DNA of 64,000 nt from an uncultured Gemmatimonadaceae bacterium (GCA_963781585.1 CAWAGQ010000011.1:352001-416000); one strand, 5' to 3'; numbered from the stretch's first letter, positions 41,451-52,047 are shown. Notes: generated by a model not told the origin, from the letters alone. Made by a program: numbers and translations.

Positions 41451-42460
41451 GATCCGCGCGATATCTGCTCCACGGGAGGTGCTGAGTCTGCGGATCCTTC
41501 ACGCGCCGGAAGGAGCAGCAGCAGCACCAGGGCAGGGGCGTAGAGGGTGAACACCATCCACGGGAACGCGATCTCGTTCTGCGCGGGCGATGCGTGGTGC
41601 GGATACCAGGCGAGATATCCCATCCAGCTCACGGCAGTGAGCGCGAGCGACCGGATCAACGTGGAGGGGATGAGCCAGAGCAGGAGCTGGTCGTAGAACA
41701 CCGGAAGCTGAGGCATGAGCGAGAGCGCGACGAACAGGCGCCCCTCGGGGCGCCGCCAACGAAGCAGCCCGAGCAGCAGGAAGCAGCCGAGCAGCGTGGT
41801 AGCGGGACCCCGATAGCGCGCGGTGCCAGCCATCGCGTGTCGCCATTCGACGGGCCAGGCAGGGATGACGATGAGCGAGGCGACGACAAGGATCACCCCG
41901 CCGATGACGCCACGCCACGACGGCCGATAGAGCCAAGCCGCGAGTCCCACCGTAGGTTTGGCGGCCGCGATGAACTGCAGTGTGGGCATCAAGGCAGCGG
42001 CCGTTGCGATGGGCGACCACTGGCCGAGGATCGCGGCCTGCACGAAGGGCGCGCTGGCGAAGAGAGGTAGTCGGTGCGGGCAATCCCTGAGTACGCCCCA
42101 GGCCAGAAGCGCAGACGACAGCCCCACGAATAGGGCGCCGGCAATCTCGGGCCGAAGCGGCGCGAAGGGCGCGGCGAGGAGGGCGGCAGGGAGGGGATAG
42201 AAAAGGGGCGCGTTGAACGGATAGGGCCCGCCTCCGTGCATGACCTGGTAGGGGTCCTGCCCCGCCAGCAGGGCGCGTGCCGCGCGCCAGGGATATGAGA
42301 AGTCTTTCGCCACGTGCTGGGGATGCGACGCCATCGCGAAGTAGGCGATGAAAGCGCCCCAGCCGCCGAGCACCAGCGCGAGAATCACGCGGTCGCCGGC
42401 GATCAGAGCCCGGAGACGACCCGGTCTCACGGCCGACCCAGTGGCGTGGTCCTCAGACAT
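41447..42460 (-). CDS. GT87/DUF2029-like membrane glycosyltransferase, paralogue 3
   Basis: KDFSYPWRAARALLAGQDPY, FYPLP, GQWSP, AKPTVG, PEGRL, FYDQL. Confidence 0.72.
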   Translation of the reverse strand: MSEDHATGSAVRPGRLRALIAGDRVILALVLGGWGAFIAYFAMASHPQHVAKDFSYPWRAARALLAGQDPYQVMHGGGPYPFNAPLFYPLPAALLAAPFAPLRPEIAGALFVGLSSALLAWGVLRDCPHRLPLFASAPFVQAAILGQWSPIATAAALMPTLQFIAAAKPTVGLAAWLYRPSWRGVIGGVILVVASLIVIPAWPVEWRHAMAGTARYRGPATTLLGCFLLLGLLRWRRPEGRLFVALSLMPQLPVFYDQLLLWLIPSTLIRSLALTAVSWMGYLAWYPHHASPAQNEIAFPWMVFTLYAPALVLLLLLPAREGSADSAPPVEQISRGS

Positions 42461-42482
42461 GGTTCGCCATGAAAGCGTAAGC

Positions 42483-43604
42483 CTAACGATACGTAGCGAG
42501 CGGAAGCCACACGAGCATTGCGCCAGCGAACGCGAGGACACCGAGCAGCATCAGATCCAGACGGCGTGTCGGCAGACTACCGCGCCATCCGGGGAGCGTC
42601 AGGGCTTCTCCCTGCGCCACCGTGGGCGACAGGTTTGGACGACGTAGAATCATGAGAAGGACCGGAAGATACACGACAAATATCGAGGCCTGCCCCAAAT
42701 GGAGCATGTACAGGTCGAACGTCGCCCCGGACCCCCAGATGACAAACCCCCAGAACAGCGCGTGTGTGAGAATCGCGAGGACCATCGTCTCGCGCAGGGA
42801 GAAGCACGCGAAGAAGAGAAGCAGGAGATCGTAGAGGCTCGGGGTGTGCGGCGTGGCGGCGAGCACGAGCAACAGCCGTGCCTCCGGGCGTCGCCAGCGG
42901 AGGGCCGCCAGCACGAGGACAAAACCCCCAGGCAGGAGCATCGGAATCTTCAGGGGAGGAATTGAGCGTATCGCACCGATCCAGTCCGCGAATGATGAGG
43001 GCCGCAGGGCCGCGCTGAGCGCTGTGATCAGCGCTGCCGCGGCGGCTGCGAGAACGAGGCGTCGTCGCGACAGTGCGGCCAGCACCGCCAGCCCGACAGT
43101 CGGCTTCGCGGCCACGACAGCGCCGAGTGCGGGCATCCATGCGGCGGTAAGGAGCAGGAGCGCCCATTGCGTGCGCGACGTGGCGATGAGATAGGAAGCG
43201 CTCAGCACCATCGGCCAGACCACTCGGATGCGTGGGCCGGCAGCCCATCCGAGCAGAGCGGCCGACAACGTGCTGAAGACGACTCGTGCCCATGCGATCG
43301 GCAAGAGAACGAACGGCGCCGAGAGCAGCACGGCAGGCGGCGGGTACACGAGGGGCCAAATCCAGCGAAATGGTCGCCCCGGCCCGACTACCGCGTACGG
43401 GTCGCCGCCGTGAACCAACGCCCGCGCCGCGTACCAGAGCTGGTCAAAGTCGGTTGGCCAGTCAGGCTCGTGGATCGCGCGGGCCGCGGCGTAGGCACCG
43501 GTGAGCAGCGCCATCATGAGGGGGGTCACCCAGCGGAATTGCCGCTGGGCCCTTGCCGACGCGGCCCCAGCCGGCGACGCGCCGACTGCGCCGGGAGCGG
43601 TCAT
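42483..43604 (-). CDS. GT87/DUF2029-like membrane glycosyltransferase, paralogue 4
   Basis: TDFDQLWYAARALVHGGDPY, YPPP, AKPTVG, PEARLL, PSLYDL; extra C-terminal TM. Confidence 0.72.
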   Translation of the reverse strand: MTAPGAVGASPAGAASARAQRQFRWVTPLMMALLTGAYAAARAIHEPDWPTDFDQLWYAARALVHGGDPYAVVGPGRPFRWIWPLVYPPPAVLLSAPFVLLPIAWARVVFSTLSAALLGWAAGPRIRVVWPMVLSASYLIATSRTQWALLLLTAAWMPALGAVVAAKPTVGLAVLAALSRRRLVLAAAAAALITALSAALRPSSFADWIGAIRSIPPLKIPMLLPGGFVLVLAALRWRRPEARLLLVLAATPHTPSLYDLLLLFFACFSLRETMVLAILTHALFWGFVIWGSGATFDLYMLHLGQASIFVVYLPVLLMILRRPNLSPTVAQGEALTLPGWRGSLPTRRLDLMLLGVLAFAGAMLVWLPLATYR

Positions 43605-44644
43605 GGCGTGACCCGGCGAAGGCGGGACCAGAGGAAGGGCAGTCGCTCCATGATCGGGGGAAGGGTCCCCTCGTTAGGCCTCCGGAGCAGCATGACCAAT
43701 GCCGGAAAATAGCAGAGCCACACGGTGCCGTTGCCCACGATGCGGCCCCACGAGAGGTAATCCGGCTGCGGCGTGTTGAACCCAACGTAGAAGAAGAGAA
43801 CCACCGTGGAAAGCGCGAAAATCAGGGACTCGCGCGCAGTGATGCACATGGCCGCCAGCAGCATCTGGTCGTAGAAGGTGGGTGGCTGGGGGACGATGGC
43901 GAGCGCGAGCAGCCACCGCGCCTCCGGCCGGCGCCATTTGAGCGCTGCCAGCAGGAGGAGGAATCCGAACGGGCGCGTGACAGGAGCTCGGAAGTGCGGT
44001 GCGTCGCGGAGATTCCGCAGCCAGGTGGAATGCCACCCAGGCAGGAGGACTTCGCTCACGGCGAAGAAGGTCACCGCGCCGGCAAGGAGGAAGACCAACG
44101 TCCGGTTCGTGCGGGCTGATGCACCGAGTGCGACACCGAAGTTCGGCTTGGCAAATCCGGCGAAGGCCAGCGGCGGCAGGAAGAATGCGGCGGCGTAAAG
44201 CGATGACCACTGCACCAACTCGACGGACACCATGAAGGAAACGCTGAGGAAGATGGGGAGCCGTGACCACCCATCGCGGGTGACCGCCCAGGCAAGGAGG
44301 GCGGTGGACAAGCCGGAGAAGACGGCGCGCGCGGCAAGCACGGGGAGGAGGCCCAGTGGCGCAACGAGCAGGAGCGCGGGCAGCGGATAGTAGAGCGGCC
44401 ACTTCCAGTGGAATGCCCCGTGTGGTCCTACCACCTGATACGGATCCTTGCCTTGCCACAAGGCTCCCGCGCCGGCCCACACTTGATCGAAGTCGCTGAC
44501 GAAGTCGGGATTGGCGCGCCCGTGGACGACTACGTAGACGACGGCGAGGATGCCGAGCAGCAACGCAAACGCGAGACGGAGGCGAGCATCCGGAGCCGCT
44601 TTCTCGGGATCGGGATGCGCGCGCACCCGCTCTAGGATCGGCAT
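43601..44644 (-). CDS. GT87/DUF2029-like membrane glycosyltransferase, paralogue 5
   Basis: SDFDQVWAGAGALWQGKDPY, YYPLP, VQWS, AKPNFG, PEARWL, FYDQM. Confidence 0.72.
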   Translation of the reverse strand: MPILERVRAHPDPEKAAPDARLRLAFALLLGILAVVYVVVHGRANPDFVSDFDQVWAGAGALWQGKDPYQVVGPHGAFHWKWPLYYPLPALLLVAPLGLLPVLAARAVFSGLSTALLAWAVTRDGWSRLPIFLSVSFMVSVELVQWSSLYAAAFFLPPLAFAGFAKPNFGVALGASARTNRTLVFLLAGAVTFFAVSEVLLPGWHSTWLRNLRDAPHFRAPVTRPFGFLLLLAALKWRRPEARWLLALAIVPQPPTFYDQMLLAAMCITARESLIFALSTVVLFFYVGFNTPQPDYLSWGRIVGNGTVWLCYFPALVMLLRRPNEGTLPPIMERLPFLWSRLRRVTP

Positions 44645-46431
44645 TCCGCTTCGGTAGTCGCCGGACGCGCCGGCGGATGGCTGGGAGGTACGACGCGATT
44701 CGAATCGGCGGCGAGCGCGGTGGAGTCGATCCGAGTGAGCGTGAACGGACCCATGTCGTCGTCGACGCGCAGCCTCCACGCCTGACGAGTGGGGAAGTGT
44801 CGCAGCAACTTCAGATCCTCGCGTGGTCCCATACCGCGCGCCCAGACGACCGGCGACGCTTCGATATCGGCCGCGTTGTACACCCACTCGAAGTCGCCCT
44901 CGTGCCGCGGCCCGTATTCCACGATCACCAAGTCCCTCTGCGCGGTGCTTGCCAGGCTGGCCTGCATGGCGGCGCGATGCCACTCCCAGTCCCTGAAGCG
45001 CAGCGAGCGCGAGCGCGCCAAGAGCAGCACTGTGGCGAGCGCGGACGCCAGCGTGAATACCGCCACTGCCTGCACCAGCCTCCGGCCAGCACGGATTCCT
45101 CCGACCCGAAAGGCATTGAGGCGCCGCGCCGCCACGGTCAAAAGCACGCAATACGCGCCAACAAAAGGCCCAGCATAATGGAGCAGCAGCTTCCGCGGAT
45201 CGACGGCCCAGGCCGCGAACACCGCCAGTGCGCAGGCGGCGGGCAGCCAGAGCCTATCGCGGCGCAACGCCCAGGGGAGCGCGAGGAAGAGGGGGAAAAC
45301 GAAGAACGGCGCAAGGCCGAGTCTCAGCGGCTCGGAACGCGACCAGAAATCGCGCAGGAACTCCTGCGTCGATGAAGGAATGTCGACGTGGCCTTCCCCG
45401 ACGGTGTAAAAGCAACGCATCACGTCGTGCCGATAGCTCGGATTTGTAGCACGATCGATCCCCAGGAGGAGGGGCACCGTCTCGTACTGTCGCGCGTGTT
45501 CGACGTACGGAAATCGTGTCGCGCTGCCGGTCACTCGCCAATTGTAGTACGCCATGAACGCCGCGCCCGAGAGGAGAGCAGGAACCAGAATCGCGGCGCT
45601 GCGCGAGACGAGATGCCCCTGGCCCATCCGTACTAGGCGGATGCACCAGAGCAGGAAGTACGCGATCGTGGGTAACGCGAACAGGAACCCTTCGAAGGGG
45701 CGTGTGTTCGCGAGGACGACGAGTCCGACGCCCAGCGCGGCGGAGGACACGACGATTTGGCGGATGGGACGACTCGTCAGGCGACGCACCCCCCCAAGCA
45801 CCAGGGCGCTGCCAGCGGCGGCGACGGCCCCGCCCCAGTACGACGACGTCCAGTAGCCGGCGTCAGCGTGCCGGCCGGCGAACCAGAGCGCGACCATCAG
45901 GCTGCCCCAGAAAGCCCACGTGGGGCGGGTCCACGCCTGGAGCATCCACGCAATCGCGGCGCACATCAGCGCGTAGCCAATCCACACACCGACGATCGGG
46001 GCGCCGGTGAGGATCTGCCCCAGCGCCATCACGAGCGACGAACCGGGAGGATACTTCGAGGCGTAAGTCGGAACCTGGATGATGTGGAACGACTCGTAGT
46101 GTTGCCAGAACGGCGGTGTGGGGTTCGTCAGCCGGCCGTGGGCAAATGTGTCGCTCGCGAGCAGGTAGCTGAACTCGTCCTGCAGAACGGGCGCCGGTGG
46201 CCACCCGATCGCGAAAGTGACCGTTGCCGCCACGGCAAAGCCGACAGCACCGACGACAAGTGGAACACGGGATGGGCGCCTGTACAGCCAGGTTGAGCCT
46301 CGCCCTACCGGCGACTCGGCGCGAGGGGACGTCCTCGCTTTCGCATCGAGACCTGACGAATGCTGTGCTTGCGATGTGGCACGCGTCCGCGCGAATTGCA
46401 CGACGGAGAGCAGGCCGGTCATCGAGCGCAT
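44632..46431 (-). CDS. GT-C-like multi-TM protein, DEFSY family copy A
   Basis: QDEFSYLLASDTFAHGRLTNP, YASKYPPG, SYWGG, NTRPFEG, C-terminal EWVYNAADI domain. Confidence 0.7.
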   Translation of the reverse strand: MRSMTGLLSVVQFARTRATSQAQHSSGLDAKARTSPRAESPVGRGSTWLYRRPSRVPLVVGAVGFAVAATVTFAIGWPPAPVLQDEFSYLLASDTFAHGRLTNPTPPFWQHYESFHIIQVPTYASKYPPGSSLVMALGQILTGAPIVGVWIGYALMCAAIAWMLQAWTRPTWAFWGSLMVALWFAGRHADAGYWTSSYWGGAVAAAGSALVLGGVRRLTSRPIRQIVVSSAALGVGLVVLANTRPFEGFLFALPTIAYFLLWCIRLVRMGQGHLVSRSAAILVPALLSGAAFMAYYNWRVTGSATRFPYVEHARQYETVPLLLGIDRATNPSYRHDVMRCFYTVGEGHVDIPSSTQEFLRDFWSRSEPLRLGLAPFFVFPLFLALPWALRRDRLWLPAACALAVFAAWAVDPRKLLLHYAGPFVGAYCVLLTVAARRLNAFRVGGIRAGRRLVQAVAVFTLASALATVLLLARSRSLRFRDWEWHRAAMQASLASTAQRDLVIVEYGPRHEGDFEWVYNAADIEASPVVWARGMGPREDLKLLRHFPTRQAWRLRVDDDMGPFTLTRIDSTALAADSNRVVPPSHPPARPATTEAECRS

Positions 46432-48113
46432 GTCGACGAAGGAGACATACCTGTGTCAGGGAGCTCGCCGGCGCTGACGCGTAGGTCATCAAGGGCCTGG
46501 AGAGAGCCAGAGTTAACCGAGACAAGGTTGTACGGCCCGTCGTCATCCTCAATGCGGAGCATCCATGCGTGGCGATCCGAGAAGTACCGCAGAAGTTTCG
46601 CGTCCTCCGTTGGACCCATCGCCCGCGCCCAGACGACCCTGGATCCGTCGATGTCCGCGGCGTTATAGACCCACTCCTGATCTGCATTGTGATGTGGCCC
46701 GTACTGGACAAGTACCAGTTGCTTTTCTGGGGACCCCGAGAGCCGTTCTTGGGTCGTCGCGCGCTGCCATGACCATGTCTGATGGAGTTTCGGGCGCAGG
46801 ATGGCCATGCCCACGGCGGACACCAATGCGAACAGGACAACGAACACCATTGTTAGGCGTGTGAGCGTAGCGCCGAGCGGAAATTGGCGAACGCGCCAGA
46901 CGTTGAGTCGCCGCGCGCTGAGGGCGAGCAGGAGAAAATACGCCCCCACCATCGGCGCGCCGTAGTGTAGCGTCAATATCCAGGGATTCACCAGGAACGT
47001 GGCAACAGACAGTCCCATGCTCGCGAGCGGAAGCCACGGACGGTCGCGGCGAAGGACCCACGGAACGGCGAGAACGAATGGAATGATGAAGAACGGCAGC
47101 AAGCCATGGGTCAGCGGCTGCGATCGTTGCCACAGTGATCTCACATAGTCCTGGAATGACGAGGGTTCGTGGGCGTGCCCTCTTCCTGCCAGGTAGAAGC
47201 AGCGCATGACGGGGTGACGGTATGCCGGGAGAGGGGGAGCCCTCCGTCCGACAAAATAGGAGGAGGCATCGTACTGTTGCGCGTAGAGCGTATACGGGAA
47301 CTGCGACCAAGTGCCCGTGACGGCACTATTGTACCGCGCCGTGGCGACGGTGCCCGCCAGAAGGATCGCCAGCGCCGGCGTGAGCGCCGGAAAGAGACGA
47401 CGACGGTCTTTCTTCCGCCACCTCCGGCCGACCCACCACATGAGGCTCGCGAAGATCGGAAGGGAGAAGAAGAAGCCCTCGAAGGGGCGCGTATTGGCGA
47501 GCAGCAAGAGTCCCAAACCCGCCCACATGGAGTTTGGGATATGCATGCGCTTGTCGGACTGTTGGATGCGCCGCACTCCTCCGAGCACCAGGGCTCCTGC
47601 CCCAGCGGGAACGGCACCACCCCAGTACGAGCTTGCCCAGTACACGCCGCCGGCGGGAAGATTCACAAACCACAGCGTTACGAGAATGCCTCCCCAGAGC
47701 ACCCACCGCGGGCGCAGCCAGGCTTGCAGCATCCAGGTGACCGCGGCGCACATGAACGCATAGCCGATCCAGACACCGACGATCGGGTATCCGGTAAGAA
47801 CCTGTCCGAGCGCGAGGAAGAGTGCAGACCCCGGCGGGTACTTCGACGCATACGACGGAACCTGCAACACGTGGAATGTCTCGAAGTGCTGCCACAGCGG
47901 GTGCGTCGGGTTCGTTAGGCGGCCGTGCGCGAAGGTGTCGCTCGCTAACAGGTAGCTGAACTCGTCGTGGACGGCCGGGGCGGGGGGCCATCCGAGAGCC
48001 ACCGACGCCGCGACCGCCGCCGCGAAGCCGAGTCCCCCCATGGCAAGAGGGGCCCGGTATGGCCGCTGCAGGATCCAGCGATACGCTCGCTCAGGCAGGA
48101 CATTCGGTCGCAT
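46419..48113 (-). CDS. GT-C-like multi-TM protein, DEFSY family copy B
   Basis: HDEFSYLLASDTFAHGRLTNP and all motifs of copy A; tandem paralogue. Confidence 0.7.
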   Translation of the reverse strand: MRPNVLPERAYRWILQRPYRAPLAMGGLGFAAAVAASVALGWPPAPAVHDEFSYLLASDTFAHGRLTNPTHPLWQHFETFHVLQVPSYASKYPPGSALFLALGQVLTGYPIVGVWIGYAFMCAAVTWMLQAWLRPRWVLWGGILVTLWFVNLPAGGVYWASSYWGGAVPAGAGALVLGGVRRIQQSDKRMHIPNSMWAGLGLLLLANTRPFEGFFFSLPIFASLMWWVGRRWRKKDRRRLFPALTPALAILLAGTVATARYNSAVTGTWSQFPYTLYAQQYDASSYFVGRRAPPLPAYRHPVMRCFYLAGRGHAHEPSSFQDYVRSLWQRSQPLTHGLLPFFIIPFVLAVPWVLRRDRPWLPLASMGLSVATFLVNPWILTLHYGAPMVGAYFLLLALSARRLNVWRVRQFPLGATLTRLTMVFVVLFALVSAVGMAILRPKLHQTWSWQRATTQERLSGSPEKQLVLVQYGPHHNADQEWVYNAADIDGSRVVWARAMGPTEDAKLLRYFSDRHAWMLRIEDDDGPYNLVSVNSGSLQALDDLRVSAGELPDTGMSPSSTCAR

Positions 48114-48432
48114 TTCAGGCCAATGTCAGCGCAACCTCCATGCCATCAAGCACTTCCGCCCTGCGCTCCGGGTGCAATGTTTGAGCAGGCACGAGTTTCG
48201 CACGCCATGGGCAGCTTCGACGGAAGGGGCTTTGGGATAGCCGATCACGTACACTCCGCTTCCACGTCCGCAGCAGTCGGTCCACCCACTTTCCGCCTCC
48301 GGGAGAAGCCTGTCGAGACAAGAGCCAAGAAGTCACCGCCCGCTTGATCCGGCGCAATCTCGCGCGACAGCCGAGGATGACGCAATTCACCGATCCCGTG
48401 CGCGCCCGACACGACGAAGTCGCCATGGTCGG

Positions 48433-49995
48433 GTGTTGCCGGTGACCACCGCTCACCCAACGTCGCAGGCGGTGCTCGCCGCAGGCGCACTCGCGGCGCC
48501 GCTGTGCCTGGCCGGCTTCGTCCTGCAGTCGGGCGCGCTGGCAGGGCGTCCGCTGTGGCTGGATGAACGGCTGACGCTACTCGTAGCAAGCCAGCCGTCG
48601 ATGCCCGCGGTGCTGGACGCACTGCGACAGGGCGCGGACACGAGCCCGCCGTTGCTCTTCGCCTGGCACTGGGCCATAGGACACCTGCTGGGCCAGGTGG
48701 CCCCATGGCAGCTCCGCACCACAGCGCTTCTCTCGATGTTTGGAGCCGTGCTTGGCCTGTTCATGTTGCTCCGGCGCGTCTACGGCACGCTCCCGGCGCT
48801 CGCAGGCGCCTTTGTCCTGGCCGCGAATGCACAGATCATCCGCTACGCCTTCGACGCCAGGTTCTACGGACCCTGGGTGCTGCTCACCGTGGTCTATCTC
48901 GCGCTACTGGCGCGTCTCGCTTCCAGACGCGGTGGTGTCGTGCAGTGGGTTGCGACCTGCCTGGCAGCCGCGGCGCTCTGCCTCATTCACTACTTCGGTG
49001 TCATCACGCTGGTACTCGTCAGCGGAGGGGTGCTGCTCGCCGGCTACCCGGATCGACGGCGAATGCGCGAGGTCTGGCCGGGCGTGGTGACTGGAGCTGT
49101 GACAGTCGCGGCCCTTCTCCCGATGGTGCGCGGACAGCGTGCCGCGCTCACCGTGTCCACGTGGGTTCCACCTGCGTCGATTCTGCTGGCAATCCAGTTT
49201 CTCGGACCCTACCTGCTCCTGTACGTGGCCGCGGCGGCAACGCGTCGCTCGCTACAGGAGGGGCTTCGCCGCAGCGAACAGGCGCATGAACGCCGGGCGA
49301 TCGTCGCCGGATTGCTCAGTCTCGGCCTGCTGCCTCTTGTTCTCACCGGGTTCTCGTTCGCTGTGCAGTCGGTGATGATCATTCGCTATGCCCTTCCGGC
49401 GTTTCTGGCGATGGGCCTGGTGGCGAGCGCGCTGTTCTCACTGCTCACCCCACGATTACGGATCGTCTTCGCCGCGGTCCTTGTGGTAGCGGGACTCTCC
49501 GCGGCCTTCGCACAGGCCAATGACGGGCGCGCGTTCGAAGAGCGTGTGCGGGCCGATTCCATCACCGTCGAGACGGCACTAGGGCAAGGGCGGATCATCG
49601 CCAGCCCGTCTCGTAAGGAGCTGTACCCGCTCTGGAGCGTCATGCGCGGCACGCCGGACGCCGTCGTGATGGCAACCGTTTCCCCTGGACGCATTCGTGA
49701 GCGCTTCCCATCTGCGTCGGACTCGGCCGGCTTCGGCAACTACATGCTCCTGGAACAGGACATCGGACGGGTGCACTCGCGGCTCTTCCAACTGCCGCAG
49801 CAGGTCTCGGCGGACAGCCTCGCACATCTGCAGTGTTTCGTGCTGGTGGAGGATCAGGACGCGCCGCTGTTCGTGCAACGCTGGATGCCCGGGGCGACGG
49901 CCACCCGCTTGCAGGATCACGTGTTCCTGGTGCATGGTCCCCCGCGGCTCCCAACCGGAGACTCCGATCACGACTGCGCCGACGCCGCACGCTAG
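48433..49995 (+). CDS. GT39/ArnT-like (PMT_2) membrane glycosyltransferase
   Basis: LWLDE after first TM, SPPL, ARFY, HYFG, RY in late loop; about 12 TM. Confidence 0.75.
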   Translation: MLPVTTAHPTSQAVLAAGALAAPLCLAGFVLQSGALAGRPLWLDERLTLLVASQPSMPAVLDALRQGADTSPPLLFAWHWAIGHLLGQVAPWQLRTTALLSMFGAVLGLFMLLRRVYGTLPALAGAFVLAANAQIIRYAFDARFYGPWVLLTVVYLALLARLASRRGGVVQWVATCLAAAALCLIHYFGVITLVLVSGGVLLAGYPDRRRMREVWPGVVTGAVTVAALLPMVRGQRAALTVSTWVPPASILLAIQFLGPYLLLYVAAAATRRSLQEGLRRSEQAHERRAIVAGLLSLGLLPLVLTGFSFAVQSVMIIRYALPAFLAMGLVASALFSLLTPRLRIVFAAVLVVAGLSAAFAQANDGRAFEERVRADSITVETALGQGRIIASPSRKELYPLWSVMRGTPDAVVMATVSPGRIRERFPSASDSAGFGNYMLLEQDIGRVHSRLFQLPQQVSADSLAHLQCFVLVEDQDAPLFVQRWMPGATATRLQDHVFLVHGPPRLPTGDSDHDCADAAR

Positions 49996-50029
49996 CGCGT
50001 GGCCGCATGGCACCCCAGATGACACCTGG

Positions 50030-50965
50030 GTGCTCATCCCCATTTTCAACGACTGGCAGGCCCTCGGGGAATTGCTGCCCGCGCTCGAGCGCGAGCTGGC
50101 GACGAACGACCTCGCGGTGCGCGTCCTGGTGGTGGACGACGGCTCGTCGCAGCAAGGCACGTGCATGCGGCAGCCGGAATGGCGCGGCATCCGTTCCCTC
50201 GAGCTCCTTCGCCTGCGCCGGAACATGGGACACCAGCGCGCGATTGCGGTCGGGCTCTGTCACCTGGTGGACCATCATGCCGGGCGCGGATGCGTGGTCA
50301 TGGACGGGGACGGCCAGGACAAGCCCACCGACGTCCCGCGCCTAATGTCGGCCAGCGGAGCATCTCCTGACGGCCAGGCCGTATTCGGTTCCCGGTTGCG
50401 CCGGTCCGAAGGAATCACGTTTGCGTTCTTCTACCACCTGTATCGGCTCGTGCACTGGCTGCTCACCGGCGTACCGGTGCGGATCGGCAACTTCAGCTAC
50501 CTGCCGTGGCGCGACGCGAAGTGCCTGGCTGTTTGCTGGGAACTCTGGAATCACTACGCCGCGGCCGTGATCCATGCGCGCATTCCATTCCACACGGTGC
50601 CGTGCGCCCGGGGGGACCGCCTCACCGGACAGTCGAAGATGAATCCGGTGGCGCTGGTGGTTCACGGACTCAGCGCCATGGCCGTGTTTTCGGATCGGAT
50701 CGGTGTGCGGGTGCTTGCCCTCTCCGGCGCGCTCTCGGCCCTCGCCGTGCTCGGCATCGGCGCCGTGCTGGCCGTCAAGTGGGGAACTTCTCTCGCCGTG
50801 CCCGGCTGGCCGACGTCGGCCATGGGACTCCTGCTGGTCGTGGTGGGTGAGCTAGTGCTGTTGAGCACCCTCTTCACGTTCATCATCCTGTCGGGGCGGA
50901 GCACGAGCGCGGTGATACCGTTGCGGGATTATGAGATCTTCGTGGAACCATCTCCGCACCAGTGA
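50030..50965 (+). CDS. GT2 GtrB/ArnC-like polyprenyl-phosphate glycosyltransferase (start uncertain, possible 5' frameshift)
   Basis: VLIPIFND, VVDDGS, RNMGHQRAI, MDGDGQD, two C-terminal TM. Confidence 0.87.
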   Translation: MLIPIFNDWQALGELLPALERELATNDLAVRVLVVDDGSSQQGTCMRQPEWRGIRSLELLRLRRNMGHQRAIAVGLCHLVDHHAGRGCVVMDGDGQDKPTDVPRLMSASGASPDGQAVFGSRLRRSEGITFAFFYHLYRLVHWLLTGVPVRIGNFSYLPWRDAKCLAVCWELWNHYAAAVIHARIPFHTVPCARGDRLTGQSKMNPVALVVHGLSAMAVFSDRIGVRVLALSGALSALAVLGIGAVLAVKWGTSLAVPGWPTSAMGLLLVVVGELVLLSTLFTFIILSGRSTSAVIPLRDYEIFVEPSPHQ

Positions 50966-52041
50966 GTGACGCCGCCATGACCGCGTCGGTCGAGCCCGAG
51001 GACCCTCACAGGCCCCTCGCCATTTCCCTGCGCCTGCGTGTCGCGCTGGGCGTGGCCGGAGTGGCGGCCATTCTGGTCGTCTTCGGCGCGCTCCATTTCC
51101 CGGACTTCATCAGCGACTTCGACCAGATCTGGTTTGCGGCGCGCGCTGTCCTGCACGGACGCGACCCTTATCAGCTGATCGGACCGGGGAAGGAGTTCAA
51201 CGTCGGATTTCCGCTGTACTATCCGCTGATGGCCCCGATCGTCGCGCTGCCGTTCGGCATGCTGCCGCTCATCGCGGCGCGCGCCGCGTGGGTCTTCACC
51301 ACTTGCGGGTTGCTTGCCTTCCTGCTCACGCGCGACGGATACCGGCGCCTCCCGATTGTCATCTCGGGTGCATTCGTCTCGTGCATTCAGCTCGTGCAGT
51401 GGTCGCCGATCATGACCTGCGCGGTCCTGGTCCCGGCGCTGGGTTTCTTCGCGGCCGCCAAACCAAACATCGGTGCGGCCGCTGTGGCCGGCGTAAGGAC
51501 CCGGCGCGAGTTCGTCCTCTCCGCCGGCGGCGTGATGCTCCTGACGCTGATCGCGTTCCTGGTGCAGCCGTCATGGTTCAGCGAATGGCGCGCCGCGGTG
51601 GCCTCGGCGACGCACTTTCGATCGTTCATGATGCTCCCCGGAGGGCAGCTGCTGGCGCTCTGCGCCCTCCGCTGGCGGCGCTGGGATGCCCGGCTGCTGG
51701 CGGTGTTGGCCCTGTTCCCACAGACACCGGGCGCGAATTCGGCTTTGCTCCTCCTGCTGATCCCCCAGCGCCGGTTCGACATTCTGGTGTTCAGCCTGTT
51801 GACCTACATCCCCGTCTATGTGGGATTCTGGGCCGCCTACCGGCCGACAGTGGAGGAATACTCGCGAGTCATGGGCTGGGTGACGCTCGTCTCCGTCTAT
51901 TTCCCGATGTTGTGGTTCGTCCTGCGCCAGCCTAACGTGGGCCGCATGCCCGGCGTCGTCGAACGCGCGGTCGCCCGGTTCCCGGAGTGGATCCGTGGAT
52001 CCGCACCCGGTGGGGGAGCCGTGGCCGGAACCAGCGCCTGA
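50962..52041 (+). CDS. GT87/DUF2029-like membrane glycosyltransferase, paralogue 6
   Basis: SDFDQIWFAARAVLHGRDPY, YYPL, VQWSP, AKPNIG, PQTP. Confidence 0.72.
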   Translation: MSDAAMTASVEPEDPHRPLAISLRLRVALGVAGVAAILVVFGALHFPDFISDFDQIWFAARAVLHGRDPYQLIGPGKEFNVGFPLYYPLMAPIVALPFGMLPLIAARAAWVFTTCGLLAFLLTRDGYRRLPIVISGAFVSCIQLVQWSPIMTCAVLVPALGFFAAAKPNIGAAAVAGVRTRREFVLSAGGVMLLTLIAFLVQPSWFSEWRAAVASATHFRSFMMLPGGQLLALCALRWRRWDARLLAVLALFPQTPGANSALLLLLIPQRRFDILVFSLLTYIPVYVGFWAAYRPTVEEYSRVMGWVTLVSVYFPMLWFVLRQPNVGRMPGVVERAVARFPEWIRGSAPGGGAVAGTSA

Positions 52042-52047
52042 GGAGAC

